This document shows positions 63,545 to 64,000 of a stretch of 64,000 nt of DNA, piece by piece. The notes below the pieces were generated by a model. It saw only the letters and a list, made by a program, of their open reading frames with translations, made no database searches and was not told where the DNA came from. Both the position numbers and the translations under genes were made by a program. The DNA comes from Ostrea edulis (Eukaryota), in NCBI RefSeq assembly GCF_947568905.1, contig NC_079166.1, positions 60,760,001 to 60,824,000 on the forward strand, in the 5' to 3' direction. Numbering within the stretch: position 1 is the first letter of the stretch; each line of letters opens with the position of its first letter.

Positions 63545-64000
63545 ATTATACATTGTACATCCATTTCTCAGTTTCCATAATTTTGCCACTATTTCTAAAA
63601 ATAAACTTGGTTTTGACACATTCACAATCAAATCCCAATCATTAGAATTTAACATATTTTGTAATCCTGATATAATTATCTCCGATATAATTACCATGTC
63701 GTCAGCATACATTAGTAAGAAAATATTAACCAATTGTAATTCAACAGATGGACAATTGTTACTAATGAAATTTATCTCAAAAGTCATTAACATAAAAGAG
63801 CAAAGAGTAATGGCGATAACACTTCGCCCTGCATAAGACCCATTTCATTGCTAAAATATTCACGTAAAACCCTATCGAATTTTACACATGATTTCACACT
63901 ACTGTACATAGATTGGAAAACTTGAAGCAGTTTCCCTCGAATACCAATATTAAACAATTTGAACCATAACTTATACCTATTAATAGAATCAAACGCGTTT
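63545..64000 (-). mobile_element. LINE RT fragment continuing beyond the window
   Basis: IFLLMYADDMVIISE..GLQNMLN..WDLIVNVSK, then frameshifted KWMYN. Confidence 0.85.

Overview
AT-rich eukaryotic genomic DNA, most likely a bivalve (probably an ostreid oyster; inferred from the repeat families and the AIF-1 sequence). I rebuilt four intron-containing host genes by hand, all on the minus strand. One is a complete 6-exon allograft inflammatory factor 1 gene (AIF1/Iba1, 146 aa, 17493-23799). The other three form a tandem array of diverged paralogs (29956-49270) with identical intron phases. They encode secreted proteins with a signal peptide, a helical Cys-rich N-domain, a P/T/S/E linker of very different lengths and two C-terminal Cys-rich modules. 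The rest is dense in mobile DNA: two degenerate DIRS-type tyrosine-recombinase retroelements, LINE fragments, an ISL2EU/Harbinger-type element (THAP-DDE transposase plus convergent SWIM-YqaJ gene), about ten Penelope-like 3' tails, tRNA-derived SINEs, Helentron-type HINEs, MITEs and minisatellites. The most notable observations are the three-gene secreted Cys-protein family, a 349-nt retrozyme-like unit with an intact type I hammerhead ribozyme, VNTRs in AIF1 that multiply its splice donors, and a minisatellite derived from a SINE. No databases were searched; family names come from motif recognition.
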